Shown here: positions 53,418 through 61,510 of the stretch, piece after piece | Numbering within the stretch: the stretch's first letter is position 1 | Layout of the letters: every line of letters starts with the position of its first letter | Source of the DNA: Candidatus Iainarchaeum sp. | GTDB lineage: Archaea; Iainarchaeota; Iainarchaeia; Iainarchaeales; UBA10191 | Reading direction: 5' to 3' | Length of the DNA stretch: 64,000 nt | Assembly: GCA_030649735.1 (NCBI GenBank) | Contig: JAUSFL010000023.1 | Span: forward strand, 15,698-79,697 | The notes under the pieces: model-generated | What the model was told of the DNA's origin: nothing | What the model saw: only the letters and a program-made list of their open reading frames with translations | The model's database searches: none | Made by a program: the position numbers and the translations under genes

Positions 53418-55601
53418 TCACCCGTTTAGCGTCCAGCCAGTGGCTGAATTGCAAGTGTAGCTTTCGACAATTTGCGCGTTTGCAGCAAGCACGCACGTTG
53501 GGGCAGTGCATGCGGTGCTTCCGCAGGAATAAATGCTTTTTGCAGAGCACAGTATTTTTGCCTTGTCCGGGCTGTTGTCTGCTGAAAGCGGATAATTGTT
53601 TGTGACCATGTTTCCCAAGTAGCAGCAGTCAGTGCCTTGGTAATTGTTTTTTATCTGGCTTGGATTGCATGCCTCGTTTAAAGTTATTTCCTGGCTGATT
53701 GGGATGCCAAGCATTAGTTTTAGCTGCATTTCTTGAGGGGCAAATTGTCCTGAATTGTCTGAGATAAGCAAAGTGTAGTTTCCTTCAATTACTGGGTCAA
53801 ATACCGCGATTCCTGTTTCGCTAGTAAAGAATGAACTGTAATAATCCGCGGGGTTTTTGAAAAGCACTGCGCTGATGTTTGGCAGCAGGTTTCCGTCAAA
53901 TGATTTTATGGTGATTGTTACTGTCGAGTTTCCAGTGGCCGAGCAGCTTGCGCTGTTGAAAAGGCAGTCGCATTTGTTTTTGAAGCTGCTGCCGTTGATT
54001 TTGGAGCAGGCCTCTTGCTTGCTTGTTTTTTTTGCGAAAGTGTAATAGCAGTCGTCAGGCTTGTCGAATGCACCAAGCTGGTAGACTGCGCCCACTGGAA
54101 GAGTTGCGCAGAGTGAATCGTTTGACCTTGCAGCCGCGACATTTCCAAAGCATTTTGGCTTGTTTGACGCAAAATAAAGGATGTCGCAGATTTTTTCGTC
54201 AGTTTTCAGGCCCGCAATTTCTGAAACGCAGCTGTCGTTTCCCGGACCGTATGTTTCAAGCTTTTCAGTGCTGTTTTTTGCCTCGAGCAGGATTTCACTG
54301 CAGTATTTTTCGTCAATTTGGGCTATTGCTGTTTGCGAATGGCAGTTTATTTTCTTTATCTTGTCATTAATGAACTTGCAGTAATCCGTGGTTTTTGTGT
54401 TTTTTGAAGCGTTCAGGATGCAGTCGTCCTTCAATTCTTGCGTGATTATTTTCGTGCACGTGTTTGCGTCATTGATGGCAGTGTCATTGTAGCACTTGTC
54501 TGAAAGGTTTTGGTCGCTTGAAATGCTGTCGCAGATTGAAGCCGTGGTTTTTATCACTGCAAGGTTGTAATAGCAGTTGTTTTTTTCAGCGGGCTGGCTT
54601 ATTTTTGGGCATTCGCTTTCATTTTCAAGCAAGTTTGCAATTTGGTTGATGCATGCGTCCCTTGGCTGCTGGCTTGAGATTGAATAGCAAAGGTCGGTGT
54701 TTTTTTCTTTCACCGCGAAAGAATTGAAGCATTCGTCTCTTTTCACGCTGCTGGCTATTTTGCCGCAGTTTTCGGAAGTTTCCTGCGCTAATGCGATTTC
54801 ATTGATGCAGTCGTTCTTTGACTGCGCGTTTTCTATCTGCTGGCAGCTGTCAATTTTTTTCAATGCCCTTGCGATTTGGTAGTGGCAGGAGTCTTTTTTT
54901 TCGCTGTTTGTTATTGAACGGCAGTATTCTTCGTTTTGGCTGCTTGATGCCGCGTTCAATATGCAGTCGTCTTTTTCTGCAGTGCCTTTCAGCACATTGC
55001 AGGTTTCGGGGCTTTTTGCCTGCTTGGTTGTTTCTGCAATGCAGCTTTGCCTTGCTGTTTCATTGGTTATTTCTTCGCAGGCCTGCAAATTTCCTGTCTG
55101 TTGCGCTACTATTGAAATGCAGTTTTCTTTAATGTCAATGCTTGAAACAAGCTTGCATGTTTCAATGTCTTTTGCCGCTGTTGCCGCCTGGTTTAGGCAA
55201 TTGTCCCTGTTTTCGGCATTTTCCATTTTCAGGCAGGCTTCCTTGCTTTGCGGGTTTGCAGTGAAAATGATGTTGCAGCTGTCTTTCACTGTTTGGGAGC
55301 TTATTTTGCCGCAATAGTTTTGGTCATTTTTTGCAGTTGCCAGTGCTTGAAAGCATGAGTCTTTTTTGCCTGCTGTTGCTATTTCACTGCAGCTTTCAAT
55401 TCCAGTGCTTGCAAGGCTTAAAAGGCAATTTTCCTTGGTTAGCTGTGCTGGGAGGGATTTGCATTCTAAAATCAGTTCTGCAGGCGTTTTTACGGGCGGT
55501 TTTTTCTTGGTGCATCCTGAAATCGCTATTCCGACAATTAGCAAGGCAAAAATTGCCAGCGTCAGCTTTTTGTTCAACTGCATTAGTTTATTACATTCCA
55601 T
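53418..55601 (-). CDS. secreted lipoprotein composed of ~14 tandem 26-aa two-cysteine repeats plus a C-terminal beta-sandwich-like and Cys-rich region
   Basis: Signal peptide with lipobox (LLIVGIAISGC). Regular C-x11-C-x13 periodicity, e.g. GKKDSCFQALATAKNDQNYC / TVKDSCNIIFTANPQSKEAC. C-terminal TVTITIKSFDGNL...GNYTLLISDN domain. Confidence 0.75.
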   Translation of the reverse strand: MECNKLMQLNKKLTLAIFALLIVGIAISGCTKKKPPVKTPAELILECKSLPAQLTKENCLLSLASTGIESCSEIATAGKKDSCFQALATAKNDQNYCGKISSQTVKDSCNIIFTANPQSKEACLKMENAENRDNCLNQAATAAKDIETCKLVSSIDIKENCISIVAQQTGNLQACEEITNETARQSCIAETTKQAKSPETCNVLKGTAEKDDCILNAASSSQNEEYCRSITNSEKKDSCHYQIARALKKIDSCQQIENAQSKNDCINEIALAQETSENCGKIASSVKRDECFNSFAVKEKNTDLCYSISSQQPRDACINQIANLLENESECPKISQPAEKNNCYYNLAVIKTTASICDSISSDQNLSDKCYNDTAINDANTCTKIITQELKDDCILNASKNTKTTDYCKFINDKIKKINCHSQTAIAQIDEKYCSEILLEAKNSTEKLETYGPGNDSCVSEIAGLKTDEKICDILYFASNKPKCFGNVAAARSNDSLCATLPVGAVYQLGAFDKPDDCYYTFAKKTSKQEACSKINGSSFKNKCDCLFNSASCSATGNSTVTITIKSFDGNLLPNISAVLFKNPADYYSSFFTSETGIAVFDPVIEGNYTLLISDNSGQFAPQEMQLKLMLGIPISQEITLNEACNPSQIKNNYQGTDCCYLGNMVTNNYPLSADNSPDKAKILCSAKSIYSCGSTACTAPTCVLAANAQIVESYTCNSATGWTLNG
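54250..55420 (-). repeat. in-frame tandem coding repeats of ~78 nt period (the 26-aa Cys-repeat array)
   Basis: Periodicity is visible at the protein level across residues ~60-450 of the lipoprotein. Several spurious antisense ORFs stack over it. Confidence 0.6.
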
Positions 55602-55717
55602 GCCTTTAAAAAATTTGCCTCAAAAAGCCGGCTTTGGTTAGGTTTTTACCTTACCAAAAAGAAAACAATATTTAAATAGCAAGAGAATATTGTTAGTTGT
55701 GTGGGGGTTTTTCTAAA

Positions 55718-58579
55718 ATGGACAGTAAAAAATTTATCATATTATTCGCTGCCTTGATTTTTTCAGCGGGCTTTGCCTTGGCTGTTGATTCAAACGGTTC
55801 CGATTCAAACTCAGACAAGCCTGTTGCTTGCATTTGCACAATGGAGTACGCGCCAGTGTGCGGTTCTGATGGGAAAACCTATTCTAACGGTTGTGTTGCA
55901 AAATGCGCCGGAATAATTGATTTTAAGCCAGGCGCCTGCAATGACTCAATTCCTGAAGTGATTTATCCTTCATTTGGGGTTGACTTCAAGCTTTTCCAAA
56001 CCCAAACTGCTGTTTTGGAGAATTATAAGATTGCCCTCGCAAAAATTCTTGTTCCTATAGAAGTGCAATGCGTTGATGGCGTTTGCCCAGAAATAGCTTC
56101 ACAAGTCCAAATTATTTTGGAAGTCAGCAAAAAGTCTGACAATGGCTATGTTTCTGAAAAGGCTTACTTGGGAGAATATTCAGAGGCCGGCCTTTTAGGA
56201 ATCAAAATCCAGTCACGCGGTATAAATTCAGTTTCGGGATATGCTGTCTTGACTGTTTTCAAGGAAAACATCATGCCAGAGCCAATCAAAGCAGCTCTTG
56301 GCGAAGAATTCAAGCTTTTGCAATTGCAGCAAGCCAACATCCAGGATAACGGAAGCACTGCGATGAAGCTTGTTCTGGAAAGAATTGACAACTTGCACAT
56401 TGTGTGCATTAAGGCGCCTTGCCCGAATTATTCTGCAGTAATGACTGCAAGCATTGCAAATGACGGAATGTATTCTTTCAAAGTCCTTAATGGCTCCAGC
56501 TATTTCCTTGGAAATTACGTTGTTAACTTTACTTCCACTGACGGGACTTCAGGAAAGTTTGTTGTAAAGAAAATTTCAGACACTAACACAACTCCAGCAG
56601 ACATTTATGTCAATGTTGATGAATACTTCAAGCTTGTCGAAAGCCAGACAGCAATCTTTAAGACTGGGGAATTTTCAGTGACTCTTGCAGGCGTTGAAAA
56701 TACTGCAACATGCAGTGCAATAGGCTGTCCGCCTTCACAGTCAGTAGTAAAGATAGGCATAAATTCACTTAATGGGCTGCTTGGAAGCTCTTTAGTTACT
56801 TTAAAACAAGGCGAGAGCGCTGAAAGAAATGGCTTTTCAATAACTGTCGTGGGAATTGATTTTTCGGGAAAGACCGCAAAGTTTGTGATTTCAAAAATCC
56901 AGGAAAACCCTGTAGAAAAGACAGTTTATTTGAATGAAAAATTCAAGCTTGCTGAGAAGGAAAGCGCCCGCGTGTTAAGCGGTAATCAAAGATGCCCTCA
57001 AGGCGCAACCTGCATTGCGAGCGCAATGCCGGCGCGCGAAATAATGAAAATTAAGCTCTTGTCAATTAGCCAGTACAAATGCGCTGAAACCAGCACTAGC
57101 GGAGTTTCAGTGAAATGCATTGGAAGCAAGCCTTTTGCAAGAGTTGTGCTAGGCTATGAAGATGGCAATATTGGAACGGCAACTGAAACAACAATTAGTG
57201 AAGGCGGAAGCATCTGGTTCAATGGATTTGAAGTGAACTTGCTTGATGTTTCATTGCAAGCCCCAAATTCTGGAGTTTTCATTGTAAGGCAGCCGAGCAT
57301 TCCTGAATACATTAAAGCAAGCTTGGATGAAAAGTTTGAATTGAATCTATTAAGTTCTGGAGCAAATACTGCATTGATTGCTGGAGAGGGAATTTTTGTA
57401 AAGCTTGAAGGCCTTTCAAACGAATGCGTTCAGGCGCGTGCTGATGCCGGCAACCCACGTTATGCAAAAGTTTCAGTGTGGAAAGAATCTGACAATGCAT
57501 CGCAAGGATTTGGAATCAATGTTGGCGAGTCATTGAGCATTTACGGCCTGAAATTAAGCCTTTTGGGGACTACTTGCGGAAGCGCAATTTTCATTGCGGC
57601 CAAGGATTCAAACCCTGAAGTCATTAACGTGCATGTCGGAGAGCCTTTCAAATTGCAGAAAGACAAGGCTGCAAGGGTTTTAGAGGCAAACTTGAGGATT
57701 GATGTATTGAATTTGATTAATGTCTGCGCAAGCTGCGCTTCAACTTCTGACTCAAATGCGGTTGCATCTTGCGTTGGCGGGCTTTGCTATTCAAGCGTGC
57801 AATTCAGCGTGAGCAATTATGCATTCGAGCAGTCAAAGATTGGAACTACAGTCAGCACTACAGTAATAAACAGCACTACGGTTTCAACAACCGAGTCAAA
57901 CAGCACTTCAAGTGCTAGTAGTAGTGGCGGCGGTTCAGGAAGCGCTTTTATTGAAATTCCTCCAATGCCTTGGAAGACTTTCACTCTTTCAGCCGGAGAA
58001 AGCACTGAAGTTGGAGACTTTGAAATCAGGGTTTTGAATGTTAGTTCTGAAAGCGCTGAGTTTGAAGTCTTGAAAAAATCCACCGGGCAGTCCTTCAATT
58101 ATGTAATTAAGGCTGGCTGGAACTTGTTTTCAGTCCCTGGGAAGATTGATTCCGGAAGCAATAATTGCGAGAGCGGCAATTTCAAGCTTTTCGAGTATGA
58201 TTCAGCAGCAAAGAAATTCAATAGTGTTTCAGAGCCTTCTCCAGGAAAGGCATACTGGCTTTTTAATTCTGGAAAGTCTTGCGAAGCAAAGGCGACAATC
58301 AGGGATGCCGTTGCATTAAGCGGCCTGCCTTCCTTGAATGCCGGCTGGAATTTTGTCGCAATAGTTCCTGAAATGCTCGGAAGCAAAATCAGCGGGCTTG
58401 GGAACTGCAAGTTCAAGAGTGCTTTCTCTTGGAATGCTTCTTCAAAAATCTGGCAGAATGCATTGAACAAGAAGTTGGCAAGTGAAGACTTAGGGAGCGC
58501 AATTGTTGTATTCTCTGAAGGCGCTTGCTCTTTGGCGGGCGCTGTGGAGACTCAGCCCCCAATGCCTCCGAGCCCTTGA
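55718..58579 (+). CDS. large secreted protein with an N-terminal Kazal-type domain and six ~105-aa internal repeats, a Ser/Thr-rich linker and a C-terminal domain
   Basis: Signal peptide MDSKKFIILFAALIFSAGFALA. Kazal motif CICTMEYAPVCGSDGKTYSNGCVAKCAG. Repeat units begin I..xxxxExFKL (DFKLFQTQ, EEFKLLQLQ, EYFKLVESQ, EKFKLAEKE, EKFELNLLS, EPFKLQKDK). Ends QPPMPPSP. Confidence 0.75.
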   Translation: MDSKKFIILFAALIFSAGFALAVDSNGSDSNSDKPVACICTMEYAPVCGSDGKTYSNGCVAKCAGIIDFKPGACNDSIPEVIYPSFGVDFKLFQTQTAVLENYKIALAKILVPIEVQCVDGVCPEIASQVQIILEVSKKSDNGYVSEKAYLGEYSEAGLLGIKIQSRGINSVSGYAVLTVFKENIMPEPIKAALGEEFKLLQLQQANIQDNGSTAMKLVLERIDNLHIVCIKAPCPNYSAVMTASIANDGMYSFKVLNGSSYFLGNYVVNFTSTDGTSGKFVVKKISDTNTTPADIYVNVDEYFKLVESQTAIFKTGEFSVTLAGVENTATCSAIGCPPSQSVVKIGINSLNGLLGSSLVTLKQGESAERNGFSITVVGIDFSGKTAKFVISKIQENPVEKTVYLNEKFKLAEKESARVLSGNQRCPQGATCIASAMPAREIMKIKLLSISQYKCAETSTSGVSVKCIGSKPFARVVLGYEDGNIGTATETTISEGGSIWFNGFEVNLLDVSLQAPNSGVFIVRQPSIPEYIKASLDEKFELNLLSSGANTALIAGEGIFVKLEGLSNECVQARADAGNPRYAKVSVWKESDNASQGFGINVGESLSIYGLKLSLLGTTCGSAIFIAAKDSNPEVINVHVGEPFKLQKDKAARVLEANLRIDVLNLINVCASCASTSDSNAVASCVGGLCYSSVQFSVSNYAFEQSKIGTTVSTTVINSTTVSTTESNSTSSASSSGGGSGSAFIEIPPMPWKTFTLSAGESTEVGDFEIRVLNVSSESAEFEVLKKSTGQSFNYVIKAGWNLFSVPGKIDSGSNNCESGNFKLFEYDSAAKKFNSVSEPSPGKAYWLFNSGKSCEAKATIRDAVALSGLPSLNAGWNFVAIVPEMLGSKISGLGNCKFKSAFSWNASSKIWQNALNKKLASEDLGSAIVVFSEGACSLAGAVETQPPMPPSP

Positions 58580-58635
58580 GTTTTGGGAAAAAAACCAGTA
58601 AAACAGCAACTATTAAAAATTTGGAGACTGTAATT

Positions 58636-58860
58636 ATGCAAGGAAGTCGTGAAATGAGAAAGTTTTTTGTTTTAGGAATTGTTTTGCTAGTGTTTTCTTT
58701 GCTGTTTTTGAGCGGCTGCGCTGAGCAAAAAATAGGGCCTGGCGTTGACAATAATTCAGCGAGCAATCCAGGCAATGCGACCGGCGCTGCTTCAAGCATT
58801 CCAATGCCTCCGGCAAACCCTGAAGAAGGCAATGCTGAAGTTCCAATACTGCCGATTTGA
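58636..58860 (+). CDS. small secreted lipoprotein, unknown
   Basis: MQGSREMRKFFVLGIVLLVFSLLFLSGC has an LSGC lipobox. GGAG lies 8 nt upstream of the ATG. Tail contains IPMPPANP, cf. the PMPP at the end of the Kazal protein. Confidence 0.5.
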   Translation: MQGSREMRKFFVLGIVLLVFSLLFLSGCAEQKIGPGVDNNSASNPGNATGAASSIPMPPANPEEGNAEVPILPI

Positions 58861-58874
58861 AAGCTGATTGAAAA

Positions 58875-59180
58875 ATGGGAATTGATTTTTTAAAGCCAAA
58901 TTTTGGGAAAAAAATTCTTTTTGTAATTTTTGCAGTTATTTCTTTTTTTATTTTAAGTGCGGCTAATCCAATAATTTTTCCTTGCCTTGCACGGCCGGTC
59001 ATTCCCAATCCACCGGCATTTTCTGAAAGCATTTGCGGGTTTCCTTTTAACATTGTTTTTGGAGCAAGCATTCAGTACACTCCAGTTTCAATGCTTTTGC
59101 TTGCAGTCTTTCTTTTGGTGATTCCTTACTTGCTTTCTTGCGGAGTTGTGGAGTTTTTTAGAAAAAGTTCAAAGAATTAG
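58875..59180 (+). CDS. small membrane protein (2-3 TM), unknown
   Basis: 101-aa hydrophobic ORF. Confidence 0.4.
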   Translation: MGIDFLKPNFGKKILFVIFAVISFFILSAANPIIFPCLARPVIPNPPAFSESICGFPFNIVFGASIQYTPVSMLLLAVFLLVIPYLLSCGVVEFFRKSSKN

Positions 59181-59204
59181 TTTTTTTTTTGAAGCTGTGA
59201 AGTT

Positions 59205-59720
59205 TTATTGCATTATTCCGCTTTCGTCGTCTATTTGCTTTGCGATTTTTTTCGTTTTTTCGAAGACTTTGTTCACATCGGCTTCTAGCTCTTCGATTGT
59301 TCGGAGTATTGAGTTGCTTCTTACTCCGTAAAGCCTTCCGCGCTTTACTACAAGGCCGCTTCTTTGGAGGTTGTTCAATTGGTTTATTACTGCTCCGCGG
59401 GAAATCCCCATTTTTTTGGCCAGTTCAGAGCTTGAGAGCATTCCATGCTGTCCTGGCTCTTTGATTGAATTGTGGGAAGTGTTGAATAATTCCTTGAACA
59501 CTTGGCTTGTTGTTTTTTCCTTTCCTAAAGGCTCTAAAAGCCCAAAGCTTTTGCACAAGTAGTCTAATTCTTCCTCTACTTTGTTTGAGAATGGCGGTTC
59601 AATGCTTTTCACTGACAGTTCGAAAGAATGGACCCTTCTTGTTGGCTTTGGGAATGGCTTTGTTGTTATAAGGAAAGAGTTTTCAGGGGCATTCAATAGC
59701 CGTCTGTTTGTCGGATGCAT
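59205..59720 (-). CDS. winged-helix transcriptional regulator candidate, divergent from grpE
   Basis: C-terminal HTH LSSSELAKKMGISRGAVINQLNNLQRSGLVVKRGRLYGV. N-terminal ~80 aa unrecognised. Confidence 0.55.
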   Translation of the reverse strand: MHPTNRRLLNAPENSFLITTKPFPKPTRRVHSFELSVKSIEPPFSNKVEEELDYLCKSFGLLEPLGKEKTTSQVFKELFNTSHNSIKEPGQHGMLSSSELAKKMGISRGAVINQLNNLQRSGLVVKRGRLYGVRSNSILRTIEELEADVNKVFEKTKKIAKQIDDESGIMQ

Positions 59721-59811
59721 GCAAATTAGGGGTTCAGAAAGCCTTAAAAAGTTAATTGTTTAAATTAAAGTAGTATAGTCTGTAAAATCTAGACACTTTG
59801 GAGTTTTTTTT

Positions 59812-60585
59812 GTGTTTGAGAAAAAAAAAGAGCAAGCAAAGAAAGAAGATCCTAAAGAAAGCCCAGAGCCTAAAAGAATAACAATTGAAGAAGCTGTTGA
59901 AGACAACAAGGCCTTAATTGAGACTTTGCAAAGGCTTCAGGCAGACTTTGAAAACTTCAAGAAACGCGAGGAAAAAAACCGCGAAGAGTTCTCAAAATTC
60001 TGCACTGCAAGCATTTTCTTTGACCTGCTGGAAATAATGGATTCTTTTGAAAGCGCAATGCAAAAATGCACTCCAGACCAAAACGAGGCGTTAGAGCCGT
60101 TGTATTACCACTTGAAAAAATTCCTTGAAAAAAACAACGTAACCCAGTTTTCGGCATTGAATGAAATGTTCAATCCAGAACTGCATGAAGTGCTGCTTAC
60201 AGGATACAATTCCTACAAGGACGAAAACATTGTCCTGGAGGAAATAAAGAAAGGGTATTTTGTTTTTGACAAGGTCTTAAGGCACGCGCAAGTGAAAATA
60301 AACCAAAGGCCAGTGAAAAAAATCGAGGAAATAAAAAAAGAGCTAAAGGACCAATTGAACAAGCTTTCAGGGACTGAAGCAAGCGCGAAAAAAGAAAGGG
60401 AAGAGCAAAAAGGCAAGGACGCTGTTGCAGACAAGCTGTTCTCCAAAGAAAGCGCTTCTCCGCAAAATGAAGCAAAAGAAAACCAGCAAGCCAAAGAAAG
60501 CAATTCTCAAAATTCAGGCAATAATACTTCTCAAAAGGAAAGCAATTTGAATCCAGAAAACGGGGGTTCTCAAAATGCAAAATAA
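59812..60585 (+). CDS. grpE: GrpE nucleotide exchange factor with a low-complexity K/E/S/N-rich C-terminal extension
   Basis: LQADFENFKKREEKNREE (GrpE DNxRKR region) plus a conserved C-terminal beta-domain (GYFVFDKVLRHAQVKI). Tail QQAKESNSQNSGNNTSQ. Confidence 0.85.
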   Translation: MFEKKKEQAKKEDPKESPEPKRITIEEAVEDNKALIETLQRLQADFENFKKREEKNREEFSKFCTASIFFDLLEIMDSFESAMQKCTPDQNEALEPLYYHLKKFLEKNNVTQFSALNEMFNPELHEVLLTGYNSYKDENIVLEEIKKGYFVFDKVLRHAQVKINQRPVKKIEEIKKELKDQLNKLSGTEASAKKEREEQKGKDAVADKLFSKESASPQNEAKENQQAKESNSQNSGNNTSQKESNLNPENGGSQNAK

Positions 60586-61510
60586 TTTTAATACTCTGCA
60601 CGATGCTAATTTTGATTTAATCAATCAAATACAAAAAATCAGGGTGAATGGGAATTTGCAGACAATGCGAAAGCAAATAGGCTCTGAAAACTTAAAATCT
60701 CTATTAATTGCTTTCTACCCCAAATATAATATTACTGAGATTCAGGAAATTATTGGAGTTCCTGACTCTACTGTTGAAAGATGGCTCAAACAATTAGGGG
60801 TTGAATTAACGCGAAATCATATAACTAACTTAGTAGTTCCAGCAAATTTTGAAAGTTCTGTAGTTTTAACTGAAAGAAGCAAATCAACAAAAATTTCTGC
60901 AATAACTATTGATGAAGGTTTGTCTTATTTAGTTGGATTCTGCATTGGGGATGGTTCTGTGCAAAAATTCTGTATCGAAGTGTTCAATAAGGACTCTGGG
61001 ATGAAAGAGCATCTGGCTCAAGTAATGAAAAGGTACGGAAAAGTAGGCGAAAGCATAAGGCAAAATGGTTTGTGGAAGTTGAGATTATCAAGTGTGAAAA
61101 TAGCTGATTTGATAAAAAGAAATAAATCTATCAGACAAGATACTATTGATTATATTCTAACAAATGACAAATTAGCACGCCAGTTCTTGGCTGGGCTTTG
61201 GGATGCTGAAGGGAGTGTTCTCAAGCAGGGAAAATATTTCCACATTTACTTATATAATTCGGATAAAAACCTAATAGACAATATTTCAGAGTTTTTGAAT
61301 TCGGTCGGAATTGAAAATTCAATTATTCCCATGAAAAAAAGAAATAAAGAATATAATCTAAACGGAAGAATAATTGTGCCAAGAAAAACAGTTTATCGTC
61401 TTGGAATCCCTAAAAAGCATTTTAAACAATGGGGTGAACTGATTGGCTTGCACTTAAAACACAGTAAAAAAGCAATTATGGTTAAAGAAATTTTGAAGGG
61501 GGATTGTTAA
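60575..61510 (+). CDS. free-standing double-motif LAGLIDADG homing endonuclease (mobile element) between grpE and dnaK
   Basis: Two LAGLIDADG motifs: LSYLVGFCIGDGSV and FLAGLWDAEGSV. N-terminal HTH-like segment (ITEIQEIIGVPDSTVERWLKQLGV). Overlaps the grpE end by 11 nt and abuts the dnaK ATG. Confidence 0.75.
   Translation: MQNNFNTLHDANFDLINQIQKIRVNGNLQTMRKQIGSENLKSLLIAFYPKYNITEIQEIIGVPDSTVERWLKQLGVELTRNHITNLVVPANFESSVVLTERSKSTKISAITIDEGLSYLVGFCIGDGSVQKFCIEVFNKDSGMKEHLAQVMKRYGKVGESIRQNGLWKLRLSSVKIADLIKRNKSIRQDTIDYILTNDKLARQFLAGLWDAEGSVLKQGKYFHIYLYNSDKNLIDNISEFLNSVGIENSIIPMKKRNKEYNLNGRIIVPRKTVYRLGIPKKHFKQWGELIGLHLKHSKKAIMVKEILKGDC

Noticed and set aside
53857-55641. Stack of short plus-strand ORFs and ~78-nt periodicity that could superficially suggest a CRISPR-like array
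   Set aside because: The periodicity is in-frame protein repeats of one continuous minus-strand ORF (the Cys-repeat lipoprotein). There is no conserved direct-repeat/variable-spacer architecture, and no cas genes are present.
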